From: Eledone cirrhosa
Lineage: Eukaryota
Assembly: GCA_964016885.1 (NCBI GenBank)
Contig: OZ024746.1
Coordinates: 58,280,001 to 58,344,000, forward strand
Length of the DNA stretch: 64,000 bases
Direction: 5' to 3'
A program made the position numbers and the translations under genes. Shown one piece after another: positions 61,141-64,000 of this stretch. Numbering within the stretch: the first letter of the stretch is position 1; every line of letters begins with the position of its first letter. The notes beneath the pieces are model-generated. The model saw only the letters and a program-made list of their open reading frames with translations, did no database searches and was not told where the DNA came from.

Positions 61141-61242
61141 ATCCCGCCGAGGTTAACTTTGCCTTTCTTCCTTACGGGGTCGATAAAATGAAGTACCAGT
61201 AATACACTGGGTAATTGCTGGCCTTGTGCCTAACGTAGAAAC

Positions 61243-61247
<5 letters not shown>
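61136..61247 (+). mobile_element. SINE family B 3' part in (TA)n
   Basis: TTCAAATCCCGCCGAGG..GTAGAAACAATTA. Confidence 0.85.
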
Positions 61248-61328
<81 letters not shown>

Positions 61329-61430
61329 AAAGTTATATTTAAAGGCATAACATATTGTTAATATGATATCCCTGAAATATATATAATGAAATAAATATGG
61401 TTTTATAAATATAGTTTCCATTTATTTAAT

Positions 61431-61482
<52 letters not shown>

Positions 61483-61491
<9 letters not shown>

Positions 61492-62299
61492 CGTAAAATA
61501 AGAAAATATTTTTTAAAAACTTTTAAAAATTTTTTTACTTACTTACTTAAATTTTCACTCCAACTAATTAGTTTCTGCAATGGGATAAAGACAGTTACGT
61601 AATCCTACTGTCGAGAATTCATTGCGTCATCAGGGCGTCTATTCTCAGCTGAGTCTCCAGGCAATGCGCGGACACTGGCGGCTCATATAAAAATAATAAT
61701 AATTCGGTAGAAAGAACAGCTGGCGAGGACTGGATTCTATGTACTGAAATTCTCACTGCTTCTAGTCAAATGGCCGATTCTAAAGAATCAATCACGTGAC
61801 ACAGAGGCTAGTTAGAAGGAATGGGATGGTAAGATGACTGACGCCTACTAACACCCTAAAAAAATTTTTAGAAGTGGTTTTGGCAGGTTTGCTCGACAAA
61901 TCAGTGATTTGGAGATAAATATAGATAATTTAATATATCAACTAACATAGGCGCACAGATGCACGTCCATGCCAGCAAATACACAGGTTATGTCATAGTA
62001 CCTAGGTGGTTCAATGCAGGAGGGTGCAGAACAATAATATAAAAGACGTAAAATAAGAAAATATTTTTTAAAAATTTTAAAAAAATGTTTTACTTACTTA
62101 AATTTTCACTCCAACTAATTAGTTTCTGCAATGGGATAAAGACAGTTACGTAATCCTACTGTCGAGAATTCATTGCGTCATTAGGGAGTCTATTCTCAGC
62201 TGAGTCTCCATTGAACCACCTAGGTACTATGACATAACCTGTGTATTTGCTGGCATGGACGTGCATCTGTGCGCCTATGTTAGTTGATATATTAAATTA

Positions 62300-62301
<2 letters not shown>
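61483..62301 (-). mobile_element. Retrozyme-like or non-autonomous PLE: direct repeats with HHRs plus 5' inversion
   Basis: 61483-61659 is repeated at 62038-62210; HHR motifs 61557-61638 and 62108-62189 (551 nt apart); 62210-62301 is inverted to about 61926-62015. Confidence 0.85.
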
Positions 62302-62361
<60 letters not shown>

Positions 62362-62367
62362 TATTTA

Positions 62368-63124
62368 TCTCTTTTGAGATGAGTTTGAATTATTTTTCCT
62401 ACATCTTACGTTAACTATTTTTCCCATCTTGACGACATAGTCGCATATATGTTATGGAATACTGTTAGCTTCTCTCTAAAACAATTTCTATACCTTTCAT
62501 TTATATTTATACTCGGATTTTTTTCCTTGAGTGCTTAAATTATCTGTGACTAATCCCGGTTTTTTTAATAAAAACTGCGATAATATTGCTGTTTGCTGAA
62601 CTCCTTTTGTAGAGTGTTTTTCGGAATGTATTTGACTGTTATTTCTTGTAAACAAACATTCATTTTCATCCTGACGTCACTAGCCCTGTTTTTCCTCATG
62701 TGCGTTTTTCATAATCATGCATGATGGTGAACTAGCCAGTTTTAGAATTCCCTTTTTGGCTTATAATTCTGTGGAAGCCCTGGTTATCTGTTGAGCTCTG
62801 CTGACGATTGAAATCCAACCGTGACGATCTCCACTGAAAGTTTTAATGAAATAGTCTTTAAGACTATACAGAGCATTTGATGTTTTTCCAAATTGAAGGA
62901 TAAGTATTTTAAACTTTATTTTATCATGAGTTAAGGGTCTATTGATTTTTCCCTGGATTTCACTAAATTCTGTGGATGAATTTATATCCTGATTCTCTTT
63001 TGAGATGAGTTTGAATTATTTTTCCTACATCTTACGTTAACTATTTTTCCCATCTTGACGACATAGTCGCATATATGTTATGGAATACTGTTAGATCCTC
63101 GCTAAAACAATTTCTATACCTTTC

Positions 63125-63130
<6 letters not shown>
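62368..63130 (+). mobile_element. Non-coding element with about 135-bp terminal direct repeats (626-bp period)
   Basis: 62368-62503 is repeated at 62994-63129; (TA)n flanks. Confidence 0.78.
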
Positions 63131-63158
<28 letters not shown>

Positions 63159-63160
<2 letters not shown>

Positions 63161-63347
63161 CGAAGGAAATGTGGTAAGGAACCAGGTGGACCATAACGCA
63201 CCAAAGTACTCAATACTTGAGGTAGTAGAGTGGGTAATAGGAACCAGTAAGACGCCGACAGCTGAGCTCAAGCCGTTTCGACGGCTAATTCTGGACTGAA
63301 TTAGCCGTCGAAACGGCTTGAGCTCAGTTGTCGGGGTCTTACTGGTT

Positions 63348-63352
<5 letters not shown>
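63159..63352 (-). mobile_element. Family H fold-back copy
   Basis: Near-identical to 2385-2585. Confidence 0.87.
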
Positions 63353-63379
<27 letters not shown>

Positions 63380-63385
<6 letters not shown>

Positions 63386-64000
63386 TTGGAGCTCTGAAAT
63401 AGCAATATATATATGGATGTATATATAATGTATTTTGCAATACACTTTATGCTTAATTAAAAGCATTTTGAAGACCGTAAGCTATTGTTTTAAAGTAGTG
63501 ACAAATTCACTTACTTTGATCTCAGTAAACAGGGGAGATGAGCCGACAAGTCTTGTTTCGCTTTGGTTGAAGCTTATCAAGGCCAACTACCCCTCCTGTC
63601 CACCGAGATCTCTGATGTTATATTCTTATAAAAATCTAGTAAATAATCAGGAGCTGATTATGCAGAGCGGTTGTTGGTCAGGCAGAAATTAAAATTAGAA
63701 TTGGAGCTCTGAAATAGCAATATATATATATGGATGTATATATAATGTATTTTGCAATACACTTTATGCTTAATTAAAAGCATTTTGAAGACCGTAAGCT
63801 ATTATTTTAAAGTAGTGACAAATTCACTTACTTTGATCTCAGTAAACAGGGGAGCTAAGCCGACAAGTCTTGTTTCGCTTTGGTTGAAGCTTATCAAGGC
63901 CAACTACCCCTCCTGTTCACCGAGATCACTGATGTTATATTCTTATAGAAATCTAGTAAATAATCAAAATGCTTTTAATTAAGCATAAGTGTATTGCAAA
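63380..64000 (-). mobile_element. Tandem 317-nt HHR units (non-LTR retrozyme-like) with terminal inversion; runs off the window
   Basis: 63381-63650 is repeated at 63696-63966; HHRs at 63541-63584 and 63858-63901; 63967-64000 is an inverted copy. Confidence 0.85.

Overview
AT-rich eukaryotic repeat DNA, probably intronic or intergenic. The tRNA-derived SINEs resemble octopod SINE families, so a cephalopod-like host is inferred. I cannot support any host protein-coding gene; most ORFs in the track are (TA)n/(TG)n/(GA)n microsatellite artefacts. The window is a nested mobile-element field built on (TA)n tracts. It holds at least six Penelope-like element (PLE) coding remnants with RT and/or C-terminal GIY-YIG domains: one Neptune-like and five resembling the (TA)n-inserting 'Hydra' clade. 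It also holds RTE, R4/Dong-like and CRE-like LINE relics and two tRNA-SINE families. The main signal is a non-coding layer. More than 15 short fold-back (inverted-arm) inserts from unrelated families are each anchored in (TA)n. About 10 hammerhead-ribozyme (HHR)-like motifs occur, including a compensatory U3-A8 core variant. Several 317-680 nt tandem or permuted HHR units look like PLE-mobilised retrozymes. One fold-back carries a tRNA-like cloverleaf, and one family has a conserved non-canonical three-way-junction RNA. Coordinates were read by eye and boundaries of decayed elements are approximate.
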